Positions 40,457 to 52,519 of a stretch of DNA of 64,000 nucleotides are shown here, one piece after another. Source of the DNA: Sphyrna mokarran (taxonomy: Eukaryota); the NCBI GenBank assembly GCA_024679065.1, contig JAGIQG010000008.1:124124001-124188000 (forward strand), given 5' to 3'. The notes beneath the pieces were generated by a model. The model had not been told where the DNA came from, ran no database searches, and saw only the letters and a list, made by a program, of their open reading frames with translations. Made by a program: the position numbers and the translations under genes. Positions within the stretch are counted from its first letter, which is position 1. Every line of letters starts with the position of its first letter.

Positions 40457-41318
40457 AAAGAACAAAGAACAAAGAACAAAACAGCACAGGAAACAGGCCC
40501 TTCAGCCCAACGAGCCCGTGCCACCACCCCGATGTTCCCACCTCTACCCATGATCCCTGTCTATGTTTATAGGTCTGTAGATTAAAAATCAAATTTGAGA
40601 CAATTTAGGGAGGATTTGTTTTGCCAATTAGCCTAAGAGCACATCTTTGGGATATGGGAGGAAACCGGAGATCCCGGAGAAAACCCACGCAAGCACGGGG
40701 AGAATGCACAAACTCCCACAGACACAAGCCCAAATCCATGTATCTGCACAGCACAGCAATAGTCCCTGAATTGTCGTGTTGCCCATCAAATGGTCCAGGT
40801 CAAGCAGACACTAACAACGTGAAGCACTAGGATACTCTCAAAAAAATCCAAGAGCAGCCCTCTCACGACCCATCGCATGTATGCCCCTTGTTAGACAACA
40901 AGGTGAACCAAAGCACCCGTAGGATAAAAACAAGTACATCAATATCATCATCTATTTACACACTTCCCAGGGACTCCCAAGGCTCATGATCCCTATTTTA
41001 TATCAGTTTTCTATACCCCTCCATTCCCATTCTGTTCATGTGCCCATCTAAGTATTTCTTAAATAACTCCAGAGTACCTGCCTCCACCACTTTACTTGGC
41101 AGCGCATTCCATACCCCCACCACCCTCTGTGTGAAAAAACTCCCTCTAGCATCCAAATTATACCTTACCCCCCTCACCCTAAGCCCGTGACCCCTCGTGC
41201 TATTCGAGTGCATCCTAGGAAAAAGCTTAATCCTGTTTACTCTATCTATACCCCTCATAATCTTGTACACCTCTATTAGGTCTCCTCTAAGTCTACGTCT
41301 TTCTAAGGAAAACAGTCA
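40457..41318 (-). mobile_element. CR1 LINE 3' end with V-SINE-like core in its 3' UTR
   Basis: Reverse complement closely matches about 3505-4350. Confidence 0.9.
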
Positions 41319-42374
41319 CAAGTTACAGCCGCTTAAATAGTGTAAGTGTGAGCTTTAACTGCATTTGCAATTGTTGACCCAGTCTGAATGATCGGGATTT
41401 TATTTACAAGGTTGCTTTTATTAGCTGTATGCTTTGAGCTCGTTCAATGATAATCTCATTCCCCATGTTAGGTGTTGACTATTGTTCAGACCATATGAAT
41501 CTTACTCAGGAAAGCTGTTCTTTAAATAATTGTCACCATGATTATGAAGGAGACTGACTTTCCCAAAAAGGGAAAAATATTTTCCAAGCTAGGGTTCACA
41601 AAGAAGTTGTTGGAATGATAGATGGTATAAAATAGATAAAGAAGAAGTACTTAGACAGGATCAGCCTCCCAGAGTGACTTCTTGTGAGGGGACAGGAAGG
41701 GTAAGGTACTGATTTCAATCTTCCAATTCAGTGCAGGGCTGGTGCCAAAGGACTGGAGGATTAGAAATGTCAGCCAGGCTACCGTTGGCAATGGAGAAGC
41801 ATTTACCAAAACTAACAGCCAATAGGACAAGTGTAGATATTAAAGAAGAACCAGCAGGGAGTTGTTCAAGGGAAATCCTGTTTAATTAACTGGATTTAGG
41901 TTTTTATTTGGATGAGGGAAGGGCATTTGATGTTGTATATGGATTTCCTAAAGGAATAGGCAGTAAAGGGATGGATGGAGATTGAGATGAAGGGAAGTAT
42001 TCAGAGTGTTGTAGTGAGAAGCTGTTTCAGACACTCGGCCATTTACAGTGGAATTCTCCAGAACTTGTCAGCAATGCCATCACACTCCAGCCTGTCAACT
42101 CGCCCATCACAGGGATTCTTTCTACTCCAGTTCCCACTTACCGCTTTCTCCGTCATTGTCTCTAGCTGATGTATAATCCACCCTTCCAGGAGCATCAATG
42201 CCACCCACCTTACCCCCGTCCACCCTCACTCAACCCCCACCCCATCATCTCCACCCCCCTTCCCTCCCTCCCGCCCTTCCCATCCAGCCCCAAGCCATCA
42301 ACATTCCAAAGATGGAACAATAGCTACATTATAATGTATATCCTGGGCTAGGATTGAAAAGAAACAGAGTTCAT

Positions 42375-45265
42375 TGAATCATACAGCACAGAAGGGACCC
42401 TTCAGCACACCGAGTCCGCACCTACACATTAGAAACATCTGAATTCCCACCAAATCCCATAGCCCTGACATGCCAACTGTATATCCAAATACTTTTTAAA
42501 GGATATGAGGTATCCTACCTCTGTCACCCTCCAGGCAGCGCATTCCAAACCACCCTCTGGGTAAAAATGTTTTTCCTCACATCTCGCCAAGACCTTCTGC
42601 TCCTCATCTTGAAACTATGTCCCCTTGAGACTGACCCTTCAAATAAGGTGAGTAGTTGCTATCTATTCACTCTGTCCATGTTTCTCATAATCTTGTACAC
42701 CTCGATCAGGTCACCCCTCAGTCATCTCTGCTCCAAAGAAAACAACACAAACCTATCAAACCTCTCTCCATAATTTAAACGCTCCATCCCAGGCAGCATC
42801 TTGGTGAATCTCCTCTGCACTCCCTCCAGTGCAATCACATCCTTCTGATAATGTGGCGACCAGAACTGCACACATTACTCCAGCTGTGGCCTCACCAAAG
42901 TTCTTTACAACTCCATTATGATGTCCCTGCATTTGTAATCTATGCCTCGATTAATAAAGGTAAGTGTGCCTTTTGCCCTTTTCACCACCCAAATAACATA
43001 GCTTTCCACTTTCAGAGATCTGTGGATAAATATGCCAAGATCCCTTTGTTCCGCAAAACTTCCTAGTGTCCTGCCATTCAGTTTATATTTTCTTATCAAA
43101 TTACTCCTTCCAAAGTGTATCACCTCACACTTTTCAAGGCTAAATTCCATCTGCCACTTAGTCTATTTGACTATTTAGTCTTTATCTTCTCATAGCACAA
43201 GACACTCCTTTAAGTTCACCACCTGGCCAATCTTTGTGTTATCCACAAACTTTCTAATCTCATCCCCCACATAGAATCATAGAAACCTGACAGTGCAGAA
43301 AGACGCCATTAGGCCATCAAACCAAACACAATCCCACCCAGGTCCTACCTCCATATCCCTACATATTTTACCCACTAATCCCTCTAACCTACACATCTCA
43401 GGACACTAAGTGGCAATTTTAGCATGACCAATCAACCTAAACCACGTGTCTTTGGACTGTGGGAGGAAACCAGAGTACCTGGAGGAAACCCATTCTTCAA
43501 TGTCATTTATATAAATGATGAAGAGTAAGGGCCCCAACACAGATCTTTGTGGTACATCACTGGACACTGCCTACCGGTCACTAATAAATCACAACACCAG
43601 GTTAAAGTCCAATAGGTTTATTTGGCAGCACTAGCTTTCGGAGCACTGCTCCTTCATCAAGTGAGCAAGGACTGGTGTTCACAAAAAGGGCATATAAAGA
43701 CACAAACTTAATTTACAAGATAATTGTTGGAATGCGAGTCTTTACGCGTAATCTAGTCTTAAAGGTACAGGCAACCAGAACCTTCAACATGTAATTGATG
43801 AAGATGAACATCTCGCCAAGGCCATCCCCACACCCCCACTTCTTGCTTTCAAACAAAGGCACAACCTCAAACAGACCATTGTCCACAACAAAATACCCAG
43901 CCTTCAGGAGAACAGTGACCACAACACCACACAATCCTGCAAGATGTGCCAGATCATCAACACGGATGCCATCATCACACGCAAGAACACCATCCATCAG
44001 GTATATGGTACATACTCTTGCAGCTCAGCCAACATTATCTACCTGATAACTGCAGGAAAGGATATCCCAAGGCATGGTACACTAGGGAGACCGTGCAGAT
44101 GCTACGACAACGGATAAATGAACACGGCATGACAATCACCAGGAGTGCTCTCTTCCTGTTGGGGAACACTTCAGCGTTCACGGGCATTCGGCCTCTGATC
44201 TTTGGGTAAGCATTCTCCAAGGGGGCCTTCACGATACACAACAACGCAGAGTCGCTGAGAAAAAACTGATAACCAAGTTCCACACACATGAAAACGGCCT
44301 CACTCGGGATCTTGGCTTCATGTCACACTATCTGTAACCCCCATGACTTACCTGGGTTTGCAAAATCTCACTAGCTGTGCTGGCTGGAGACAATACACAT
44401 CATGGAGACAATATACATTTCTTTAACCTGTGCTTAACACTCTCTCCACTCACACTGTCTGTATCTTTAAGACATCTTGATTAGCTGTGGAGATTCGCAT
44501 TCCAACCATTATCTTGTAAATTGAGTTTGTGTCTTTATATGTCCTGTTTGTGAACACAAGTCTTCACTCACCTGATGAAGGAGCAGTGCTCTGAAAGCTA
44601 GTGCTGCCAAACATAAGAACATAAGAAATAGGAGCAGGAGTAGGCTATCTGACCCTTCGAGCCTGCCCCGCCATTCAATAAGATCATGGCTGATCTGAAG
44701 TGGATCAGTTCCACTTTCCTACTTTCTCCCCATAACCCTTAATTCCCTTATCGATCAGAAATCTATCTACCCGTGACTTAAATATATCCAACGCAGTAGC
44801 CTCCACCACTTCAATGGGGCAGAGAATCCAGAGATTCACCACCCTCTGAGGGAACAAGTTCCTCCTCAACTCCGTTCTAAACTACTCTCTTATTTTGAGG
44901 CTGTGCCCTCTAGTCCTGCTATCCTTTCTAAGCAGGAAGAATCTCTCTGCCTCTACCCTATCTTGCCCCTTTATTATATTGTAAGTCTCTATAAGATCCC
45001 CCCCTCAGCTTCTAAACTCAATAATTATCTAAAAATAAAGTTGGACTTTAACCTGGTGTTGTAAGATTTCTTACTATGGTTTACTCCAGTACAATGCCAG
45101 CATCTGCACATCATTCCAGTCACTAAGTCAGCTTTTTGTTGTTACCCTCTGCCTCCTACAACTGAGCTAATTTTGTATCCATTTTATCAAATTACCCTGT
45201 ATCCCGTGTGAATTTACCCTCTTTACAAGTCTCCCATGTGGGACTTTGTCAAAGACTTTGCTGAG
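42375..45265 (-). mobile_element. Old CR1 LINE hosting a SINE (about 43272-43495), a Penelope element and a further LINE tail (44612-45020)
   Basis: [14 protein letters not shown] peptide; host sequence resumes at about 43495 and about 45116. Confidence 0.75.
43587..45115 (+). mobile_element. Penelope-like element: decayed GIY-YIG endonuclease region with inverted terminal repeats
   Basis: Frameshifted PLLAFKQ..NLKQTIV...SCSSANIIYLI...ETVQMLRQRINEH...PVGEHFS...AEKKLITKFHTHENGL. Inverted arms about 43587-43770 and 44459-44611 plus 45033-45065. Near-duplication ccggtcactaa (43574) / ccagtcactaa (45116). Confidence 0.82.
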
Positions 45266-45595
45266 TTGGGTGAAGATTTATTGCAACTGAAGTTTAGTAC
45301 AAAGATTGAAAGCAATTACAGCTTGCACATTACAAAAAGATCAATGTACAATGTTTTCATCATTTAATAACAAAATATCTTCACAACCTGAAGTAATTGA
45401 ATTTTGAAATATAAAGTGAAGGTTATTTTTAATTGTTGATTGATCAGACAGATTCCAGGGAAAAGCAGCATCTTGGTAGCTGTATAAAAAAATTGCACAG
45501 TGGTTAGCACAATCTATGTCGTGATAAATCTTCCAATTCTAATCTTATCCGATGTTTCTTTTCTTTGTAAGGTTTAGCGGTTCTCTAGTGCAGAA

Positions 45596-47155
45596 ATGTC
45601 CCTGCGAATGGTTTCCGATAGCACCAACTGTAATCTCATCTATGCTGGATTCTCACTATTCAATTTCCATGGTGAAGTCTTTCTCTTTGGTCAGAAAGGA
45701 TGGCCAAAGAGATCCTGCAGCACTGGCGTTTTCCTTCTTCATCTCAAAGGCCACATTTTCAAACTGAAAGCGGTTTCATTTTCCCCTGATTCCTGCTATC
45801 TCCCTCCTCTGCGCTGTCCTGCAATAACTCATTACTCTGACCCCTCAGAATCAAACAGCCTCATCTACCTCATCCATGGTGGGAGAGATCCAAATAATGA
45901 GTTGTCCAATTTGCTTTACTGCATGATGGTTCACAGCAGCACTGGGAATAAGAAAACTTTGCTTTGCTGCATTGAAAAGCATTTGAAAGGGGATGTCCCT
46001 CAGGGAAGGTACGGTCACAGCCTCAATGTGATTCAGAACAATGGACAAACCCTCGGCGTCTTGTTTGGGGGCAGACGTTACCGACCTCCAGGGCAAAGAA
46101 CCACAGAAAACTGGAACAGCGTGGTCGATTGTTCACCAGAGGTTTTTCTGCTTGATATAAACACAGGTCACTGCTCTTCACATCAGATCCCAGAAATAGA
46201 CGCTGGCTTTTCATTTCATGTCTCTATTGCAAAAAATGACGCAGTCTATATACTCGGTGGCCATTCAATTGAAAACAACGATCGCCCTGCAAGGTTACTG
46301 AGTCTCAAAGTCGATCTGTTGGGGGTCTCTCCCAGTGTAAAGTGTACAATATTTAATCGTGGCATTGCTGTCTCCAGCGGAATAATGACCCAAATGAGCT
46401 CAGATGAATTCATCATTGTTGGTGGTTATGAGTCAGAGAGCCAGAAGAGAATGGTTTGTAACACCATCATTCTGGAGGATGATGACATTCAGATCCTGGA
46501 GAGGGAGCCCCCAGAATGGTCCAATGACATTAAAGCAAGTAAAACCTGGTTTGGTTGCAATATGGGGAATAGTGCAGTGTTAATTGGCATTCCAGGAGAA
46601 AGCAAACAAGACACAACTGATGCAAACTTCTTCTACATTGTAAATTTTGGACAGTTGGAGGAAGAAAGCCAAGTTTCGAATAGCCAGGAATCCTTCACTG
46701 ACCCTGAAGAATGCAGCACACTGGAAGATTCGGAAGAATTAACCTTTGAGGCAGAAGCTGAGGGCTCTGATGATGCAGAGAATTGGGATAATGGCGATGA
46801 AGAAGGTTATTGGATTAAATGCAGCCCAACCTGCAATGTCAACATTAACATCTGGGTCCCGTATTACTCCACCGAATTCAACAAACCTGCCATGATTTTC
46901 TGCTCCAGTGGTGGGGATGATGGGCACTGGGTACATGCTCAGTGCATGGATCTCACAGAATCTCAGCTTATCCAGTTTTCTCAGGAAAACACCAAGTATT
47001 TTTGCAAAGAGCATCACATTGACAGAGGAATTCAAACTCCACAAAATAAAAAACAGATAAAGAGAACTCCAATAAAATCTCCACGTAAGAAATCGCCCGC
47101 AACTCTGAAGAGGACTCCGATGAAGAAGAGCTTTCTGAAGAGACTGTTTGATTGA
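45596..47155 (+). CDS. RAG2: V(D)J recombination-activating protein 2 (519 aa, single coding exon)
   Basis: Kelch-like propeller motifs (FGQKGWPKRSC, CYLPPLRCPA, GRYGHS, RTTENWNSVVDC), acidic hinge (EDSEELTFEAE), PHD finger (GYWIKC..C, AMIFC, GHWVHAQC, YFCKEH) and terminal KKSFLKRLFD. Splice acceptor ttttctttgtaag ends at 45571, leaving 24 nt of UTR before the ATG. Confidence 0.99.
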   Translation: MSLRMVSDSTNCNLIYAGFSLFNFHGEVFLFGQKGWPKRSCSTGVFLLHLKGHIFKLKAVSFSPDSCYLPPLRCPAITHYSDPSESNSLIYLIHGGRDPNNELSNLLYCMMVHSSTGNKKTLLCCIEKHLKGDVPQGRYGHSLNVIQNNGQTLGVLFGGRRYRPPGQRTTENWNSVVDCSPEVFLLDINTGHCSSHQIPEIDAGFSFHVSIAKNDAVYILGGHSIENNDRPARLLSLKVDLLGVSPSVKCTIFNRGIAVSSGIMTQMSSDEFIIVGGYESESQKRMVCNTIILEDDDIQILEREPPEWSNDIKASKTWFGCNMGNSAVLIGIPGESKQDTTDANFFYIVNFGQLEEESQVSNSQESFTDPEECSTLEDSEELTFEAEAEGSDDAENWDNGDEEGYWIKCSPTCNVNINIWVPYYSTEFNKPAMIFCSSGGDDGHWVHAQCMDLTESQLIQFSQENTKYFCKEHHIDRGIQTPQNKKQIKRTPIKSPRKKSPATLKRTPMKKSFLKRLFD

Positions 47156-47409
47156 AAATGCAAAACCTTCAGGTTTAATTAGAGACTCGGAAATTGTTAA
47201 CAAATTGCAGCAGTTTAAAAATTAATATTTGGGGTCTCGGCTATCTTTGTGCATTCTAATATCCATCTTATTTTAAATTTTTCATTACACAAAATTAGCC
47301 AATATAATTGTATGGTTTAGATATGCTTCACACAACAAATATTAAGCTAAAAGTCCTCTCAGAGTTAGCATCACATAGTTCACATGTACCAATACTTGAA
47401 CTCTTGTTA

Positions 47410-47415
47410 AATAAA
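47410..47415 (+). other. Candidate RAG2 polyadenylation signal
   Basis: First AATAAA I found after the RAG2 stop, about 255 nt downstream and just before a LINE fragment. Confidence 0.4.
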
Positions 47416-47447
47416 ACAACATCCATTTTCCTATTTAACAAAAGATC

Positions 47448-47980
47448 TAAGACCATAAGACCATTAGACTATAAGATATAGAAACAGAATGAGGCCACTC
47501 GGCCCATTGAATCTGTTCTGCCATTCAATCATGGCTGATATATTTCTCATCCCTATTCTCCTGCCTTTTCCCCATAATCCCTGACCTTCTTATCAATCAA
47601 GAGCATATCTATTTCAATCTTAAAGACACTCAATGATCTGATCTCCACAGCAGTCTGTGGCAAAGAGTTCCACAGATTCACCATTCTCTGGCTGAAGAGA
47701 TTCCTCCTCATCTCTGTTTTAAAGAATCGTCCCTTTAGCCTGAGGTTGTGCCCCCTCTGGTTCTAGTTTTCTTACCAGTGGAAACATCCTCTCCATGTCC
47801 ACTCTATCCAGGGCCTCACAGTATCCTGTAAGTTTCAATAAGCTCCCGCCTCATCCTTCTAAACTCCAACGAGTACAGACCCAAAGTTCTCAACCATTCC
47901 TCATATGACAAGCTCTTCATTCCGGGGAACGTTCTTCTGAACCTACTCTGGACCCTTTTCAAGGCCAGCACATCCTTCAT
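47448..47980 (-). mobile_element. CR1 LINE 3' end
   Basis: (TAAGACCA)n tail on the plus strand; ORF2 C-terminal homology. Confidence 0.82.
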
Positions 47981-48190
47981 AGACATCATAGAATAATAGG
48001 AACCCTACAGTGCAGAAAGAGGCCATTTGGCCCATCGAGTCTGCACCAACAATAACAACAACTAAAAGCACATTAATCCCATTTACCAGATATAAAGAAA
48101 CTGTTCCCATTGGTGGAAGAATCAAGAGGCAAAGTACAAATGTTTAAGGCAATTGGAAAATGAAACAATGGCGACATGAGGAGAAAATTT

Positions 48191-49578
48191 ATCACAGCGA
48201 GCAGTTAGGCTCTGAAACTATCTGAGAGTGTGGTGGAGACAGATTCACACAGCGAGTGGTTAGGATCTGAAACTATCTGAGAGTGTGGTGGAGACAGATT
48301 CACACAGCGAGTGGTTAGGATCTGAAACTATCTGAGAGTGTGGTGGAGACAGATTCACACAGCGAGTGGTTAGGATCTGAAACTGTCTGAGAGTGTGGTG
48401 GAGACAGATTCACACAGCGAGTGGTTAGGATCTGAAACTGTCTGAGAGTGTGGTGGAGACAGATTCACACAGCGAGTGGTTAGGATCTGAAACTGTCTGA
48501 GAGTGTGGTGGAGACAGATTCACACAGCGAGTGGTTAGGATCTGGAATGTACTGTCTGAGAGTGTGGTGGAGACAGATTCACACAGCGAGTGGTTAGGAT
48601 CTGGAATGTACTGTCTGAGAGTGTGGTGGAGACAGATTCACACAGCGAGTGGTTAGGATCTGGAATGTACTGTCTGAGAGTGTGGTGGAGACAGATTCAC
48701 ACAGCGAGTGGTTAGGATCTGGAATGTACTGTCTGAGAGTGTGGTGGAGACAGATTCACACAGCGAGTGGTTAGGATCTGGAATGTACTGTCTGAGAGTG
48801 TGGTGGAGACAGATTCACACAGTGAGTGGTTAGGATCTGGAATGTACTGTCTGAGAGTGTGGTGGAGACAGATTCACACAGCGAGTGGTTAGGATCTGGA
48901 ATGTACTGTCTGAGAGTGTGGTGGAGACAGATTCACACAGCGAGTGGTTAGGATCTGGAATGTACTGTCTGAGAGTGTGGTGGAGACAGATTCACACAGC
49001 GAGTGGTTAGGATCTGGAATGTACTGTCTGAGAGTGTGGTGGAGACAGATTCACACAGTGAGTGGTTAGGATCTGGAATGTACTGTCTGAGAGTGTGGTG
49101 GAGACAGATTCACACAGCGAGTGGTTAGGATCTGGAATGTACTGTCTGAGAGTGTGGTGGAGACAGATTCACACAGCGAGTGGTTAGGATCTGGAATGTA
49201 CTGTCTGAGAGTGTGGTGGAGACAGATTCACACAGCGAGTGGTTAGGATCTGGAATGTACTGTCTGAGAGTGTGGTGGAGACAGATTCACACAGTGAGTG
49301 GTTAGGATCTGGAATGTACTGTCTGAGAGTGTGGTGGAGACAGATTCACACAGCGAGTGGTTAGGATCTGGAATGTACTGTCTGAGAGTGTGGTGGAGAC
49401 AGATTCACACAGCGAGTGGTTAGGATCTGGAATGTACTGTCTGAGAGTGTGGTGGAGACAGATTCACACAGTGAGTGGTTAGGATCTGAAACTGTCTGAG
49501 AGTGTGGTGGAGACAGATTCACACAGTGAATGGTTAGGATCTGGAATGCACTGTCTGAGAGTGCGGTGGAGACAGATT
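48191..49578 (+). repeat. Minisatellite, 24 units (7 x 55 bp + 17 x 59 bp), amplified inside a CR1-type LINE 3' end
   Basis: 59-bp unit cacacagcgagtggttaggatctggaatgtactgtctgagagtgtggtggagacagatt; 7x55+17x59 = 1388 bp. The unit encodes TQRVVRIWNVLSESVVETDS (LINE ORF2 C-terminus). LINE sequence continues on both sides (about 48090-48190 and 49579-49745). Confidence 0.97.
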
Positions 49579-50348
49579 CATTGAAAATATTCAGGGAGAA
49601 TTGATTACTTTCTGAAATGAAAGACTGTGCAGGGCTATGGGGAGAAGGCAGGAGACTGACACAAGGTAAATTGCTCCTTCAGACAGCTGGCACAGACAAA
49701 ATGGGCTAAATGGTCTCCCTCAATGCTGTATTTATTATGATTCTTTATTCATCTGGAAGTCAGATCTGCTCAGCTAGTCGGGCAGTATCTGTGATTGTGA
49801 AATCGCCTCCCACAGGATCAGTATTGCCTGTTTTTATTTCTATTTTGCTACAAATTGCACAAGATTCTCAATATAGAGGGAAGCAGAGTCACTTATAAAA
49901 TAATCACCATTATATAAACAGGAATATTTAAATGAGGCTGTGCAGAAACATTGGATCTTTATTGTCTGAACATTTTGTAAATTTAGCTCCAATATTTTGG
50001 TGATGTCACAGCTTTAATATTGGGTGCACAAAATAAGGTTGAAAATGTACTTTTGGTGCTGTGTTTTTTCAAACAATTGTTATTAATTTTACTCCTCTGG
50101 TGCTAAATCTGTAAAGAAATAAAAATAATCCACACACTCTGGAATTTTTTTTACTTCAAAGCAACAAATCACCATCAACACTATGACACACACAAACCCA
50201 CTGAGATCATGGCCTTAATATCAACATGAAAGAAACTCACCAGGGCACAGGGTCTGCAGGAAGTGAGCTTATTGATAACAGTTGGATCTGTCTACTCTGC
50301 AATACACTCTGAAGGTGCTGAAAATAGTCGATATTTTCATCAGTTTAA

Positions 50349-50622
50349 CTGTGGTTAGCACTGCTGCATCACAGTACCAGAGATCCGGGTTCGATTCCCG
50401 GCTTGGGTCACTGTCTGTGTGGAGTTTGCATGTTTTCCCCATGTCCGTGTGAGTTTCATCCGGATGCTCTGCTTTCCTTCCACAGTCCAACAATGTACAG
50501 ATTAAGTGGATTGGCCGTGCTAAGTTGCCCCTTAGTGTCAGAGGGATTAGCTAGGGTAAATGCATAAGGTTATGGAGATAGAGCCTGGGTGGTTCTGCAC
50601 TATAGGATTCGATGATTCTATG
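50349..50622 (+). mobile_element. HE1/V-SINE-type SINE
   Basis: B-box gggttcgattccc, core and tail. Confidence 0.85.
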
Positions 50623-50917
50623 AGTTTATACACAGAATATTGTTTACACATTTCTGCATTTTTGCAGAAGATATTCTCATTTCAGCATTCCCAAGGGAGA
50701 ATCACATGCTTGACCTGATCCTCAGTAACCTGCCTGCATCTGTCCATGATAGGATCAGTGGGAGTGCACAGTCCTTGTGGAGACAAAATCTCACCTTCCT
50801 ACTGAGTTGTGTGGCACTATTACCGTGTTAAATGGAATAAATTTCAAACAGATCTCGCAACTCAAAACTGGCCATAAATGAGGTGCCCAGAATTGCACAC
50901 AACATCCCAGATGTGGA

Positions 50918-52256
50918 GATAGAACATAGAACACTACAGCACAAACAGGCCCTTCAGCCCACAAGTTGTGCCGAACACATCAAAACCTACCCAGCCATAG
51001 ACCTATATATAACCCCCAATCCCATTGGATCCCATATACTCATCCAGAAGTCTTTTAAAAGACCCCAGCGAGTTCGCCTCGACCACCACCGACGGCAGCC
51101 GATTCCATTCACTCACCACCCTCTGAGTGAAAAACTTTCCCCTAGCATCCCCTCTGTACTTGCTTCCCTGCACCTTAAATCTGTGCCCTCTCGTCGCGAC
51201 CATTTCAGCCCTGGGAAATAGTCTCTGAGAGTCCACCCTATCTATTCCTCTCAACATCTTGTAAACCTCTATCAGGTCGCCTCTCAACCTTCGTCTCTCC
51301 AGGGAGAACAGTCCCAGCTCCCTCAACCTGTCTTCATAAGGCATGCCTCCCAATCCAGGCAACATCCTTGTAAATCTCCTCTGCACCCTTTCAATAGCTT
51401 CCACGTCCTTCCTATAGTGAGGCGACCAGAACTGCGCACAGTACTCCAAGTGTGGTCTGACAAGGGTCCTATAAAGCTGCAGCATTACCTCCTGACTCCT
51501 GAACTCAATCCCTCGATGAATGAAGGCCAGTACACCGTAAGCTTTCTTAACCACATCCTCCACCTGGGAGGCCGATTTGAGAGTCTTATGGACCCGGACC
51601 CCAAGATCCCTCTGCTCTTCCACACAGCTAAGACTCCTACCTTTGATAGTGTACTCATTCATCCCATTGGATCTGCCAAAATGGACCACAACACATTTAT
51701 CCGCGTTGAAGTCCATCTGCCACTTCTCCGCCCAGTCTTGCATCCTGTCGATGTCCTGCTGCAACTTTTGACATCCCTCCAGACCATCCACAACACCACC
51801 GACCTTCGTGTCATCGGCAAACTTACTCACCCATCCCTCCACTTCCTCATCCAGGTCATTTATGAAAATGACAAACAGCAAGGGTCCTAGAACAGATCCC
51901 TGGGGCACTCCACTGGTGACCGACCTCCATGCAGAAAAAGAGCCATCCACAACCACCCTCTGCCTTCTGCAGGCAAGCCAGTTCTGGATCCACAAGGCCA
52001 AAGCCCCTTGGATCCCATGGCCTCTCACCTTCTCAAGAAGTCTTGCATGTGGGACCTTGTCAAATGCCTTGCTGAAGTCCATGTACACCACGTCCACTGC
52101 TCTTCCTTCGTCAATGTGTTCAGTCACATTTTCGAAGAACTCAATTAAGCTCGTAAGGCACGACCTGCCTTTTACAAAACCATGCTGACTATTTCTAATT
52201 AACCTAAACTTCTCCAAATGCTCGTAAATCTTGTCCCTCAGAAGCCTCTCCATCAG
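50918..52256 (-). mobile_element. Young CR1 LINE, 5'-truncated, with an uninterrupted 416-aa RT-domain ORF
   Basis: ORF 51003-52253 carries the RT motifs with no stop; CpGs retained. Confidence 0.95.
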
Positions 52257-52519
52257 CTAACCAGATGCTGGTAAGTCCAATGCCAGATGCTGGCATTGGA
52301 CTGGGGTGGACACAGTAAGAAGTCTGTTGGACTTCAATCTGGTGTTGTGAGACTTCTTACAACATTCCAGCTGTGGCCTCACCAATATCCTGTATAATTG
52401 CAGCAAGACATCAATGCTTCTGTGCTCAAATCCTCTTGCCATGAAGGACAACATACCATTTTCCACCTTTACCTCCTGCTGTGAGGAGGGGTAAGGAGTG
52501 AGAAAGGGTGAGGGGGGGA

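Noticed and set aside
45496-45502. CACAGTG about 100 nt upstream of the RAG2 ATG as a remnant RAG transposon terminal repeat or RSS
   Set aside because: The context cacagtggttagcac is the SINE head seen throughout the window, and there is no nonamer at 12 or 23 bp.
48191-49578. CRISPR-like array
   Set aside because: Units are contiguous with no unique spacers, derive from a LINE, and the DNA is eukaryotic.
51003-52253. 416-aa RT ORF as a domesticated gene or autonomous element
   Set aside because: It is 5'-truncated with no endonuclease domain, ORF1 or promoter, and ends in a LINE tail; recent insertion explains its intactness.
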